Below, piece after piece: positions 50,249 through 63,176 of a DNA stretch of 64,000 nt (the stretch's first letter is position 1; each line of letters begins with the position of its first letter). The DNA lies in the NCBI GenBank assembly GCA_026023565.1, contig JAPETS010000003.1:992001-1056000 (forward strand), in the 5' to 3' direction. Source of the stretch: Cirrosporium novae-zelandiae. Taxonomy: Eukaryota. The notes under the pieces were generated by a model. The model was not told the DNA's origin. It searched no databases and saw only the letters and a list, made by a program, of their open reading frames with translations. The position numbers and the translations under genes are program-made.

Positions 50249-50874
50249 GAACAGCGCGGTGTTTGTTTGGCGAAGTGGTTTCTGCTACCTCGATCTCTGT
50301 ATCACTGGCGTTGAAGATGGGGAGTTGAGCCGAAGGCCAATTGCGAATGAAATCAAACCGGGGCTTTTTGCATTACAGGCGAAGGGGGATATCACGAAGT
50401 GAAAGACTGTCTGGGCACAACTAAGATGATGAATGCAGGAAGGCTCCCCAAGTTATCCCTAGAACTTGTTTTTGGCACGATGAGATGTGTTCATTTGGCG
50501 ATGATCCGGGGTCGTCGATGAGGGATGTCTCGGGACGTGTGTATGAATCCAAGTGGCACTTTGACTGCTGCTGCTGTGTGAGCTACTCGTAGCCATAGAC
50601 ACGAAACTCTTTGTATTTTTTTTGTTTCTTTTAATAAAAAATCCTCTCAGTTAAGAAGAGCTTTGTCAGTGTAGTCTAGTCTAATTAACGAGTAGTCACG
50701 AAAGTATCTACTTATCAGCCCTATGAGTGGTGGAGGTGGAGGTGGAGGTGTGTTCTGCTATCGGCCGACTTCACACCGTGTCCCTTAACCCTTTGCAGCC
50801 AAAACCTCGATTATCTCCATTTCCAAACACATCCAAGACTTTTAAGACTTTTTTCCTTCCTTAAACCAGCGACA

Positions 50875-51813
50875 ATGCTGTTCCCGCTCCTTTCGCTGGG
50901 TCTCTTGACCCAGTTCTGGGCTCTCGTGTCTGCAACAGCATTGACCTACAAACTCGGGGCGAACGAGAAGGCCTGCTTCTTTGCCGACGTGGATCAACAA
51001 GGTGCCAAGGTTGCCTTTTATTTTGCTGTAAGTAATATCACTCACGGAGATGATGAATAATTGAACCTCAACCATCGAGGATGCATTGATGAATGTGTTG
51101 CATGAAAAGCGCCTTTATGGCTAATTTAAATTCTCTTGACATAGGTCCAAGCAGGAGGCTCCTTTGACGTCGACTACTCGGTCGTCGGCCCCGGGGAGAA
51201 AATAATCATGGACGGCACAAAAGAAAGACAGGGCGATTTCGTTTTTACCGCACAGCAGGTTGGGGATTATCGGTTTTGCTTCAATAATGAGATGTCTACG
51301 TTCCAGGAGAAGATGGTTGATTTTGAGATTGCGGTATACCGAAACCATCTCTTTGAAACCCATTTGTTCGAGGAGGGGCATTTTTGGTACAAATCGATAA
51401 AGAAGGGATACTAATGTTATATACCTATTGCCTTGCAGGTCGAAAACGAAGCCCATGTAGCTCAACTCCCCAGCAAGCAAGGCACCACCCCAGAGCAGAC
51501 CTCGCAGCTCGAAGAATCCATCTTCAAGCTCTCCGGCCAGCTATCAACCATCTCCCGAAACCAGAAATACTTTCGCACGCGCGAGAACCGTAACTTCAGC
51601 ACCGTGAGGAGCACGGAGCAGCGGATATTTAATTTCAGCTTAGCCGAGAGCTTGATGATGGTTACCATGGCGGGGCTGCAGGTTTTTATCGTGCAGTTCT
51701 TTTTCAAGGGCGCGAGGAAAGGTGAGTTTGTTTCTGTGGATGAGTGTTTAGTCGGAGTTGTAGAGATGGTGATGCTAATCCGTCCGTTTCTTCCTTTTTT
51801 AGGATATGTATGA
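50875..51813 (+). CDS. p24/emp24/gp25L GOLD-domain cargo receptor, 4 exons
   Basis: Signal peptide, EKACFF, VQAGGSFDVDY, YRFCFNNEMST, YFRTRENRNFSTVRST, a TM segment and the FF..RKGYV tail. Confidence 0.92.
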
Positions 51814-52253
51814 GCTATTATGGATGCAAGATGATACACACAAACAAACATGAATTTCCATATTGTTGGGCCCTAGGGGTTGTCGCCATCGCCGTCTCGA
51901 CGATGCTTTTGTGTGAGAAAAAGGCGGAAATGGAAATGATGGGTTACGCTACAAATTACCGTTACCGTTTATCATGAATTGACGGTCTTTTTCTTGCCTT
52001 GTATGCACTGTGTCTATTACAGATTATAGAAGGACGTTGAATTGGAGTTTTTATTATTTTCCAATACGTTTTTCTCATTGCATTGCTATTGCAATGGGAT
52101 GCGATAGGATATGATACTTGTCTATCTGCCATCTAGATCGATCTACTCTATTCAGTATAAACATGAACATGAGGATTCCTAAACGCCATCCCTTTAGCTA
52201 GAGAACCATCGGAGCTCCTCTCTCACTCAAATACATCCCCATCTGTCCCCCCT

Positions 52254-52976
52254 CTACCCCCTCAACGCTTCACCAATCCTCCCTCCCATCCCCCTTCCTC
52301 CCATCGGATCCCCCTCCCCATCATAAACAACCCCATCAACCTCCTCAAACTCCCCGCTACTACTCCCCTCCCACCTACCCAATTTCTCCCTCACAAATTC
52401 TTCAAAATCCCATTCCCGATCCTCGAGTCTGGTTTTGGGGTCGATCCAGATGTAGGTCTGAGCTTTTATTGTTTTTGTGTTTGTTGGGGTTTGGGATACA
52501 GATGAAGGCAAAACCCTCACGTCAACATCCCTCCTCTCATATTCCTCCCCCTCAAAGACATCCAAACGAAAAACATCCCGTTTGCTTAATCCGGAAACTA
52601 ATGTTCCTCTTACACCCTCCGCATCTAGTATTTTTTCCTCGGAGGGTATAATAGCAGGATAATCGCATCCGATTACTCGATGGCGGGTGTAGTTTTGAAG
52701 TAGCGCGGAAACCGAATGGAGCTTTGAAGTGGTGGTGGAGGTAGGGTTTGAAGGTGAGGGTGAGAGGCCGTAGAGCACACGGTAGAGGACTGTAGGAGCC
52801 ATGAGGGTGCCTAGGTGGTTAGAGGTTAGAATAGTCGAGGTGGAAGTGCAGCGACGATGGGGAGAAACGTTATCAGCATACATACCATAGAAGAAAGTCG
52901 TGTAAGTTTCGTTTCCGGATTCATTTCCATTTCCCATTTCCTTTTCCTTCTCCGAGAAAGTCGTCGAGATATCCAT
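52254..52976 (-). CDS. AIG2-like / gamma-glutamylcyclotransferase-fold protein
   Basis: FFYG|TLM (split by an intron), YTRHRVIGCDYPAI, VRGTLV, RLDVFEGEEYER and EWDFEEF. Confidence 0.85.
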   Translation of the reverse strand: MDISTTFSEKEKEMGNGNESGNETYTTFFYGMYADNVSPHRRCTSTSTILTSNHLGTLMAPTVLYRVLYGLSPSPSNPTSTTTSKLHSVSALLQNYTRHRVIGCDYPAIIPSEEKILDAEGVRGTLVSGLSKRDVFRLDVFEGEEYERRDVDVRVLPSSVSQTPTNTKTIKAQTYIWIDPKTRLEDREWDFEEFVREKLGRWEGSSSGEFEEVDGVVYDGEGDPMGGRGMGGRIGEALRG

Positions 52977-53886
52977 GACACCTAGAATATCTATTCTCTA
53001 TCTCTTTCCCCTTTTCCTTTTTGCGTATCCCTTCTCTCGCTCTCCCTTTCTTTTTTCAAAAAATCAGGAAGTCAGCCAGCCAGCCAGTCAGTTAGCGACG
53101 ACAATTGAACTAGTTGTGTAAAGTCATGCGAAATTGAAAGGGGGAGAGAATCTAGGAATGAAGGAGGGGATGGGAATGCGAATGAGAGTGTGATGCTGAG
53201 AAGGGAAAGGGTGTGAGAGGGGCCATCTTTCTTCGTTCAATGTTGCGGTGGCGTCGAAGGATGGGTGGGAGCGAGGTCGGACGGGCCGATAAGATAAGAA
53301 GTTGGATTTCGGGTATTATGATTCATGGTAAACAGATAGACAAGGCTATTCAGTTGGCACCTGGTTGACATGTGGTTGACATGTAGTTAGCTACCTTTCT
53401 CTCTCACTAATAAATCTCTATTTGATGCGATTTATAAAGTACTGTGTACTAAAACTGAGAAAGTAATAGTTATACCCTAATCTTCTAACTTAGGACTTTA
53501 AACTCCATACATCATAAAAGTCCCCATGTTTCGGCTAATGTATTTGCTAGACCGATCCTCTGATTAACTAGAGTACCACTCCTGTAGAAGAGGGCCATCA
53601 CGATTGCAAAAGTTATGATTCCCTTTCGATCAATCTATTCGTTTCCAGTAAGAATCTCTTCCTTCATTTTTTTAGCCCCGAAGAAAGTTGAAGCCGAGTC
53701 GAAAACCCACCCCGTTAAAATGCGATGACTAGACGCACCCTTCTCATAGGTATTGACCATCTTAGCAAATAACAGCAAATTATTAGTTATATATCATCAC
53801 TCTACACATGAGCGCCCATTACCTCAAATCAGCCTCATCACTTATGCAAGTTCAGAAGAAACATGATGCTTGTAGCAACTCAAACA

Positions 53887-56800
53887 TTAACTTGAAAGAG
53901 AATAAATTTTCCCTTCATTTGAACCTAGCAACATTAACTCGTCTACCATAGATTCATGATGAGTTGTCTCTTTGGTGTGAGCTAACTTTCGCGGCCTTTC
54001 CAATTTTCTGTCCGAGGGTTGAGATTGTTCAAGTGGCTGAGAACCGAGAACCTGGATCACCGGCTCTTTTTCGGAAGTAGTCTCACCGGCCGCCTTGAGT
54101 TCGTTAACCGTATCATTGCTAGCGGCAGCAGCTTCCTCGAGACCTCTTAAGAGGGGCCCCGTTGGATCGTTATCCGGTTGCTGCAATGGTTTATGATGCC
54201 GTGAGTCCTGTGAATCAAGGTCGATAACTTGACGTAACCGAGGACTTTTGCCTTTAGTAACTTTGTCTTTACCTCCTTTTTCTCGCGGAATTCGATTCGT
54301 AATTGCCTCAGGGGATCGTCCTTGCTTTTTTCGCATCGGAGACCGTCTAAGGGAAGCTGGCTGCTGAAAGTAATGGCTCTGTTCTTGACTATTAGACGAA
54401 AATTTCTGCTGTTTTTGTACAGGTTCATAATCATCAGTAGCTTCTAGCTTTCGCTTCTGGGCTTTGTTGGGAATAGCGTTAGCTGTACCTAGTCCATTGG
54501 TGGTGGTCTTAGGTCTGATATCAGGCTGTTCAGCCGCTGGAACTTTCTTAGGTCCCTGAGCGGAGCTAGGACTATCGAGATGGGTTGATGTTGAGACTTT
54601 ACTGTCCTCGGCTGTAGGTTTTACGATAGAGCCTTGCGAGTTCGTTGGGGACGATAATTCAGGCTGGTCATTTGCTTTGGCACTCCTTAAGGATCTGGGG
54701 ATTTTTTTGGCGGAGCGAGGATGCTGCTCGTGATATAATCCTTGGATAAGCTCGAGGATATGTTCACGTCGCTCAATGCTATCCATTTTCCACTGTTTTT
54801 CAACCTCAGCTAGGGGCATCGTTGCTGTCACCTGCTGAACGAATTCATGCGGGTTCTTGGTGAACCTTTCGAGATAGGCTATAAGAAAAACCCCGCAGTC
54901 TGAATAATTGGATTGCTTTGGAATTGATTTTGCATTAAGGCCTTTAATCTCATTAATATCAATCTCCAACGCCCTTTTGTCCAAGCCTTCAGCTTTAAGA
55001 TATTCCTTCAAAGCCCTGGTTGTGCTTGAATGAGGTAGGTGTAGAGAATCCATCGTAATAATAGTAGGTGTTTTGGGATCAAACCTTTTCTTCATGGGAG
55101 TTTGGTCTTTTGCTTTTTGCTGAATCTGCAATGCTCTTGTCATTTTTCCATTGTCATCGGTATCAATAGTGTTTTTGAGTGGTGCAGAATCTTCAGAAAC
55201 AATGATTGGGGCATTATCATCTTCAAGTGTCAATTTCTCAACATCCTGGGTGTTACGTTCTTGGGTGTCTTCGATTTTATCTCGAATATCGTCCCTGGTT
55301 TGACCTGCTGGGCGACCTGCTATGGGACTTAGATGCTCTTTTAGTGTGTCCGGTGAGAGTTCCCCACTGCCTTCTTCAAGATCTATCTTTCCTGGCGACT
55401 CGCTAGGAGTGTTCGTTTCGGCCGCAAGTTTTCGTTTAATGCGTGGAAGATTGCATATGATAGCAAGATACCAATGGTAATTCTCATTTACAGGAACTAT
55501 AACATAGTCCTTATCAAAGATCTCGACCGTTCTTGTCCACTTTGAAACGGTGCTGTAGTTGATCCCATTCCTGTCCTTTGAGCCTGTAGTTAGACTAGCA
55601 AAAAAGAATGAATTAAAGAAATACATTCGTTTGCTCAGTTCTGGGTTCTTAATCTTAACTTGCTCCTCAAGATAGCGGATGTAGAAGTTTATAAGATTAT
55701 CGTTCAAGAACTCGTCCTCGTTCAGACGTAGAAGATCCTGAAAGTCAACAGTAGCTCTTCTCTGCCCTTGCGTAGGGTAAGTGAGATCTCTGATATTAGT
55801 TAGCGTGGTTCCAATTACAGACTTTTAGGCCGACTTGCTTATTCCAACTGGTACCTAGATCGAATCGATGCGGCCCTTCAGCCCGAATACCTTGGAGGCT
55901 AAGTGTCCGTTAGAAATAGCAAGTTAATAGATTTAGCACATCATGCTTACGAGTCATTGTGGGAATTATTCAGGTAAGTTTGAGCCGTTGCTGTGGTTAG
56001 GGTTCTGGAACGTGTATTGTGTTGAGGTAGACCTGTATGTTTAAAGGCAGATGTTGCGTTTTCTCGGTCCTGGGCAGAGATGATAGTGGGTTGGGAAGAG
56101 GTGGGCTTGGTTGAAGGTTTGATGCTGCTAAGCTCTATTCCGCGATCGCCGAGACGCTCCCTGAGTTTCGGTTTCCCCCCACGCGACCCTAGGTCTCGAT
56201 AAGTATCAGCTTGGTAGTTCCGTTCGATGACATGGTTTGCCTGTTTCAGAACAGCTATTTCATCTATATCATCCCCATCGAAGCTATTAAGGCGCCCTTC
56301 TTCATAATGTTGCGATGCCTGCTTGGCAAATATTTTATCTAGTTTATCACTAAATTTAAGTCAGTTATATTAGAGAAAATGTACAAGCTCGAGCCCATAC
56401 CTTTCTATTTCATCCACCCTGATATCGGGAGAATGAGCTTGGATGGTCTTTATCACTTCATTACTGGCTCCTGGACTTCCGAGCTCTATATGGGCTTTCT
56501 CACTAGCATTTGTTTTTGTAGTTTGGATTTGAAGCTTGCCGCTGTGTGAAGAGAACTTTATTTGATGGATATGGGAGATGTTGATATTTGCTTCGGGATG
56601 TCTGCTCCTATTCGCTGAAATCGAAAGATGGAATTGGCCACTCGAGGAGTCAAATAAAATGAAAGGTTGGTCATCCGTAGACAAAGATTTCATGTACTTT
56701 CCCCTTTGATAGTATACCAAGGGCCAGGTTTTCATACCTTTATCTTCGGGTTTCTTCGGTTTCACATTATTTGCTAGTTTAGCCTCAGAGCCCTTACGGG

Positions 56801-57758
56801 GCTTGAATTCAGTAGGGAATATGTTGCTTGGTTCAGATCGCAGGCTTTGTCCTCGAAGAGTGTCGAGATGACTTGAGAAAATATGGCTTGGGCGACTTTG
56901 ATGATTGTCAGAGCTCTTCACAGAAGATCTATGAGTCACCCTAGAGTGAGAACTAATAGTAAGTTCGCTGGCTTGTAATTCGTCTGGGTCACTCTCTGAT
57001 CTTCCATCACTTGTTCGAGCCTTGGAAACAATGTTACCCGAATCCCTTAGATCTCGTCCAGGACGAGCATCGGTCACCAGCACCTTTGAAACTTGCATAA
57101 CCCTTCCATGAGGTGATTCTGGGGAACCCATTTGTTTCGCTTTTAAGTCTGTGTCCTTGAATTGTTCGCTATATGCAGAACTTATGGTCATAGGCAAGGG
57201 CATGGGTGTAGACGATGACGTGAAAGCACTTCCATTTTTCCTTTTTGAATTTGTGGTTGACATTATGGCATTAAGACTCCGCTGCCGTGATACACTTCCT
57301 GGGAACCTAGAGCTACCTCGTGCCTGACCTGTACATCGACTTGATGCCCTACTCCGCTGTCGCTCAGTGTGTCGGCCATCGGGCAGAGCATCTCCATCCT
57401 GACTCTCATCAATAACCACTACCACTTCATTGTTTTGGGGGGATTTTGGAGGGGTATTGCTTTTTAGAGGGGTAGTTGTTGTCTCAATGCGCCGCTTCTT
57501 CCTAGGTCGGTTAGGAGTATCTCGAAGTTGAGTGTAATGGTTGGAAGACTCAAGTAGATCTACATTATCACCAAGGCTTTTTTCAAGGGTAAGCTGGTTT
57601 TTCTGGGGTTCATGGTGTCTTGGGAGGGGACTAGGATCCAAAAATGGAGGCTTATTCTGTAGGGTATTCTGTGGCTTAGGTCCCTGCGATTTGTCAATAT
57701 GCATTTCATATATTATAGATTGGATGATCATAACACTGACTCCTAGAACCTTAGGCAT
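53887..57758 (-). CDS. Ulp2-like SUMO protease (peptidase C48) with long disordered arms; termini uncertain
   Basis: LTYPTQGQRRATVDFQDLLRLNEDEFLNDNLINFY, FFNSFF, and the triad HWYLAII / MDSL / QSNYSDCGVF. Start MPKVLG|GPKPQNTL inferred from a GTCAGT...CGCAG intron. Confidence 0.85.
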
Positions 57759-59511
57759 TGTCGGAGAAAATCCTTTCTCTGATCTGCCAATTCCCACGGT
57801 TGTGGTGTCGTTTGTTGGAATATGTATAAGCACTATGTCCTTATCGGGCCTATAACATATTTTCAGACAGAATTCCCAGTATAATGAGAAGACCCCTTAC
57901 TCATGATAGTTTGTAGGAAAAAGCCTTCGCTCATCTGCGCTCGGTGGTTGACGATGTAATAAATGCGCCTTGTTCTTTTGTCCTTGGACATTTGTGATTC
58001 TGTGTCGGATAATCAGCGAAACGGCTTAGGGGAAGAATTTTCGGCAGGCCTGAGGCTGTACAGTGACGTGTTGGTTGGAGGAATCTTTTTAGTAACTTTG
58101 CTGGCGGGGCTTGATTGCGAGAGCCTCGAGCTGCAGCCATTCGCAGCAACTTTTTTCTGAAACGAAAGCGGTCAGCCAGGACTTCCCTGCAAAGATGTTC
58201 AATAAACGAGAAAGGACAAGTCAAAGACACAATCAATCGACATTATAAACTCACAGTTGTAGATACCTGCTCAGTCCCTAACTCTTGGAGGTGTGGCGGA
58301 TCCTGGGTTAGGTCATGGTGGTTGGAACTTCTCAATGAAGCAGTCAACTCGGACATTTGGCTTGTGTAGGATTTAAGTATTGCTGGTGTATCATGGGGGA
58401 CGGCGCCGAGGTTTCCATACGTTCAAGCTACATACATTAGTACAGATTTAATATATTTCCAGTTCGTCTGAACCTTGATATAATAAACCGTTATTTATAT
58501 TCAAAGCAGACAAAGAATCTCTAGTGTTTCGAGAAGGAGGGGGGGCGATTACCTGACTCAGATTAAAGATATGCGGTAATGTGCATAATGTAATTACAAC
58601 TCCACAGTATTTACCGACTTCACTGCCAACAGGGTCCAGGGCAAGGGTGTAGTCTACTGGGGGATATCTCCGATTATGGCTTGAACACGCCTGAAGATTT
58701 ACAACCGTAAAACAGAATAAATATTGTATAATTAATTAAGGTAATCACTGTTCAAGGCGTCACGTAACTGGAACGCTATAACGCGACCTATAAAAGCAGC
58801 AACTTTTATCTAGACTTGTAAGGGCAGCGCCTAATTCAGGCCGTGTGATAGGATAACTATCTAAGTAGTGGACAACTAACTAGAATACTATAGGGTTCGC
58901 ATTCGAGACGCCAGAATGATGATAGCTTTAGGAGTGCCCTCTGAGGTAGATGCAAAAGTTGAACGCTGCCCCCATAATACGTGGGGTAGCGTTCTTCTTT
59001 ATAGGATTACTCAGGCGCCAAGCGAGCGCTTCGTAAGCGCATAGACGTGATGCTTGGCATGCCCTAACAATTTCTATCACTTGTAATAAATAATTTGAAT
59101 AAAAGAATAAATAAATGTTACAGCAGCTTATGAAAGCTAGCCCATCACTGATCACTCTACGCTCAGGCCGTTTGGCCGTCAAGGTACTTTCAAATAGGTA
59201 CTTTCCAAGAACGGCAGGGAGTATCTTTATTACTTCCGCCATCCTACCAAGGACATCTAAGCCTAAAGGCCTATGACCAGGATGGAAAATAGCATCCAAC
59301 CCATGTGATAGTTTATTTCCACGATCCGAAGCCTTTGCATGCAACGCCGTCCAATCCAACCTTCAAATGCAAATGGACATACATCATAGTATACATGAGC
59401 ATCAGGTCTCAGGCTGCTAATGAGAACCGGTGCGGCCACACAATACGCATTCACCAAGAGAGGAATGATCAAGCTGAAAAGTACCAAGGAAGAACAGTCA
59501 TGGTATATTTA

Positions 59512-60660
59512 TCAGGACCCAGAAGCTTTACCTTTCTCTGAAGAAGTGACATCTTCGTGAACCGTGCCCCGGCGTTTGTCCGAAGCATGGTGGTTACTGT
59601 TGCTGTTCTTCTCTTGTCGAGCTTGATCGATTGCTGATCGCTGAGCAATGCTATCATTATGGCTTTTCCAAACAATATTTGTGTCTGGAGGGAATGCTAG
59701 GAGGCGCTTAATGGTCTCTCTAAAAATGGTGTTAGAATATGCTAGTCCCAATGAGTAGAACAGAACCTACCTAATCTTGATGTTTCGGCCTCCATCGACT
59801 TTTGTCCAGACGCTTAATACATCCTCGCCACTTCTTACGCTAAGGACAGCTCCACAAACCTCCTCCCCCGCTTCGGCGAATTGATCGCCAACCATAGCAA
59901 GGAGCAGGTCCTCCCAAAATCTATCCGCGACCCCCTTTTTCAACCTCACGATCCACTTGCCTCCCCTCCTGTTTTCTTCATCCTCCCAGACTGGGCGTAT
60001 TCCCTTTTTGAAAATATGATAGTCAGACACAGATGGAAGCAATGAAGGGTGTTTTAAATGGGTGTATATAGTCCAAAAGGACTCCGCTGTCGAAAATGAA
60101 GCAATAGCTATGGTCGATTTTTCGTAGTCCGAATATTTGGATGTTGGCGGACGGTACCAGACAATCCATGTATTTTTGATTGGATGTTGATCCGGTGAGG
60201 TAATTGAAGGCAGTGATGAAGCGGACGCTTTGGATTTAGTATGCACCTCGCCATCTTTTGGATGTTCTTTGTCCCGTTTGTCATTCCCCAACACACTGCC
60301 CAACTCAGCACCGGGAGTCTTCGGCGTCTTAGCGCCAAAGGAAGCAAATGCTCCTGAGCCAAGACCAAATGCTGAAGATGCTCCGGTGGAAGGAGAGACA
60401 AGGCTTGTTGTGAGCGGCGACATGGAATTGAATGGATTTGATCTTCCTCCATGAGAGGAGGTGTCACCTCCAAATCGTTTCGGAAAGGTTCGAGAGGAGT
60501 CGTTCCGATTGTTGTCTTTGTTGTCCATGTTGGACGTGGTGAGTGAGAGCTTGCTGGAGCTATTGCAGGAGGTTAGCAGTAGATCATAATCACACAAGGG
60601 GCCACATGCGGGGTGAACTTGCTTCTGACGGCGGCCCCATAGTGTAGCGCTGTTGTCCAT
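59512..60660 (-). CDS. Class II eIF4E (4EHP/nCBP-like) cap-binding protein, 3 exons
   Basis: HPIKNTWIVWYRPP..SDYEKS, ESFWTIY, FKKGIRPVWEDEENRRGGKW, WEDLLLAMVG, SVW and KIR|ETIKRLL..WKSH. Confidence 0.9.
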
Positions 60661-62519
60661 GAATGCTTCCTATCGAGATCCTATTCCTCTGAGGGGGAGA
60701 TGCGCCTTCGTAACGCCCTGAGGCCACCCTATATAGACAAAATATATAGTGATGAGCTGTCTAAGCCGACAATATAGGAAATAACGGATAAACGCTGGAG
60801 CGGTGGTGGGATGAAGAATCCTAGCTAGGGTATTTTTTTTCTTGGTTGGTGCGCTTGAGGGGAGGAGTTTTTGGTTTTAACGGTGTTGTTTACTGAAAGG
60901 GTATTAAACTGAAAGTAGGAGAATCGTGGGGTCGTGATCAATATAGCGTTTTTTGGAAGAATTGGGAGCTGTTATTGAAGATTGAAATCGAGGATTGTGG
61001 AGGATTTCTTGAAAGCCGATGAAAGGCACGACGATGGCTTGCTTTGGGCTGCCTCTCAATCAGGGTTAGCGTGTTCTAATGGTTAGCGCCATGTCAACAT
61101 CAAAAATCTTCAGTTTGCATTAAAAGCTTCCTCTTTCTTTTCTCTTCTCTTTTTCTTCTTCTTCTTTACAACTTCAGACCACCAACTCAAATCATCGTCA
61201 ACTTCAAATTTTATATTCTTCCAAGGCTGACGATTTCGATGTGTGTGTCGAGATGAATTAGATATATACACCCGCATCTAAAACCATCATCGCGAGGGCC
61301 CCTCGTGTGGCTTCCCATGACACGTTGATGACCTGAGGTGTCAATCGGGACATTCCAACTTGCTTCAGCCTTTTCATATAAATTAACTAACAATGTTTAT
61401 TCGCGAGAGTCTTATAATATAGACATCCAAACCCTCGAGGGCGTGAACTACCCTAACTATCTAAACTGACTATGCTTAATAGATCCCAGACCAAATCCTT
61501 TTGAATAATCAAATCTTCTTTACCAGAAGCCGCCCTGGGCTCGAGTGACGTAATAATGGCCCGTAGGTTTCTTTCTCTTAACTCTTTCCGTCGCACCAAT
61601 GGCTTCTATGAAGAAAAAATACAGCTCTGGTAACCCGAATCATATCCGCGTATTACACTCTTGCTTTGCAATGACGCTGGTTATGTATGAAGTTCAAAGG
61701 CAAAGTCAGATCCAGGCATTGTTGTGCAGCCCAATATCCTTGAAATCGTGTGTGCAAATTGTACTAATCCTCGCTTTTGATAGAGATGTTAAATCCATAA
61801 CCATCTTTCTTCCCGACAATTTCGGTCCTCTTTACGGCCACAATAGCTTCAGTTCAAGATTAGACCGTTAGGCCAAAAAGGCGAAAAAGAAGCATATTGT
61901 GTTACTGATAACCTTGACAAGACTTGATATGGGAGAGGATACCTCAAAAGTTGTCTCACGCCTTTCATTTTAAACCATTTTCTACAAACATCCGCGTTCC
62001 TAAGGATCTTCAAACATAATGTATGACAAACCTACGAAATAAAAACGGTGAAGCATACGGGTAAGTTGATATGTAATTATGTAGTAGTAGCAAATCGTAG
62101 CAAATTTGCTATTTATTAGCCGATTGGATCTGAAAAAGAAAAACAAATGGTTTTTCTTAACGCTATTCGCTATACTTCTTGTATGCTTATCGTAAACCGT
62201 TCCCTTCCCCGTTTCCCCCCCAAAAAATCAGAAGAAATCAAAATCCTTGGTAAGATAACTTCAACCATCAAACGAAAGTAAAATTTATACAAAGCCCTCC
62301 CTAGATCGAGTTCCAATTGCCACTCCAATTAGGCGGCGGCTTCCCAGCAGACTAAACCGAGCTCGCATCATTATCCCTCCTAAGAACAGCCAAGATCTGA
62401 TCCTGCTCATCAGAGAAAGGAGAGGACTAAAACCATGGACTATCCTTGGTTTTTCCCACCTTGATCCTCCCGCCAGTGCTGGAGTAGTTGGTCGTCGCCA
62501 GATTCGTCATCCATCAGGA

Positions 62520-63176
62520 CATCCTATGTCAGAATATGTCAGAACATGTGCTATTTTGCATCCCAAGGCCCAAACATCACCGTGTAGTTATAGCTGTTTA
62601 AATCTACCAGCGACACTGGGGATTGGTATACCTTAATATCCACTTCACTCAAAAGCCGAGGTCGTTGATAAGAAACAGCCCTGAGCGAAATTTGGTAGGC
62701 CAATCCTCAACCCGCCAGTTTTAAGCATCTGCTAACGTTGAGCTAGAAGTTTTCAGACTTCGCATCTCGATAGATGACTCCCCTAGAGTGGCAGCACGCG
62801 AGACCCTCGACCACCTGGAGGACGATAGCTTTATGATAGTCACATCGTTCGATACCGAGAGTCTTGGGACGAGTTCGTACAGGTCGCTGTCGAGGTAGTA
62901 CTCAAAGACGATGTTGAAATCCGTCCCGATGCTGAACGTGTCCAGCACCTTCAAGATATTGTTGTGGCTGAGCGTCCGGGGAATCGTTGCCTCGTGTCTT
63001 ACCTCTTCGTTGAAAGGCCTTCTAGAGGATGATACTCCAGCCCACTTGATGACCACTTCTGAAGGATTCAGGGCGATAAAAAAGTCGCCCAACTTTCGAC
63101 AGTGCAGTACCAGGGCCACATCCCCGAATTCTTCCCTGCCTAAAAGCTTGCAGGGAATGCACTTAGCCTCCAGCAT
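62520..63176 (-). pseudogene. Ser/Thr protein kinase pseudogene
   Basis: Degenerate G-loop GREEFGDV, VVIK, HNNILKVLD and IVFEY. After a frameshift near 62830: LQVVEGLACCHSRGVIYRDAKSENF*, KLAG*GLA, YQSP; after another frameshift: DVWALGC. Confidence 0.8.

Noticed and set aside
51049..51144. ATGATGA (C-box-like) in a p24 intron
   Set aside because: No downstream CTGA D box or terminal stem.
43500..58906. Shared 13-mer GGTTCGCATTCGA at about 43500 and 58894 (B-box-like)
   Set aside because: No surrounding tRNA structure or extended homology; plausibly chance.
58928..59541. ORFs of 74-143 aa downstream of eIF4E
   Set aside because: No motifs; they lie in the probable 3' UTR.
1899..60660. Functional clustering of proteostasis genes (HAC1, DID2, UBP15, p24, Ulp2)
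   Set aside because: Housekeeping genes spread over 60 kb, interleaved with unrelated genes; no shared motif seen.
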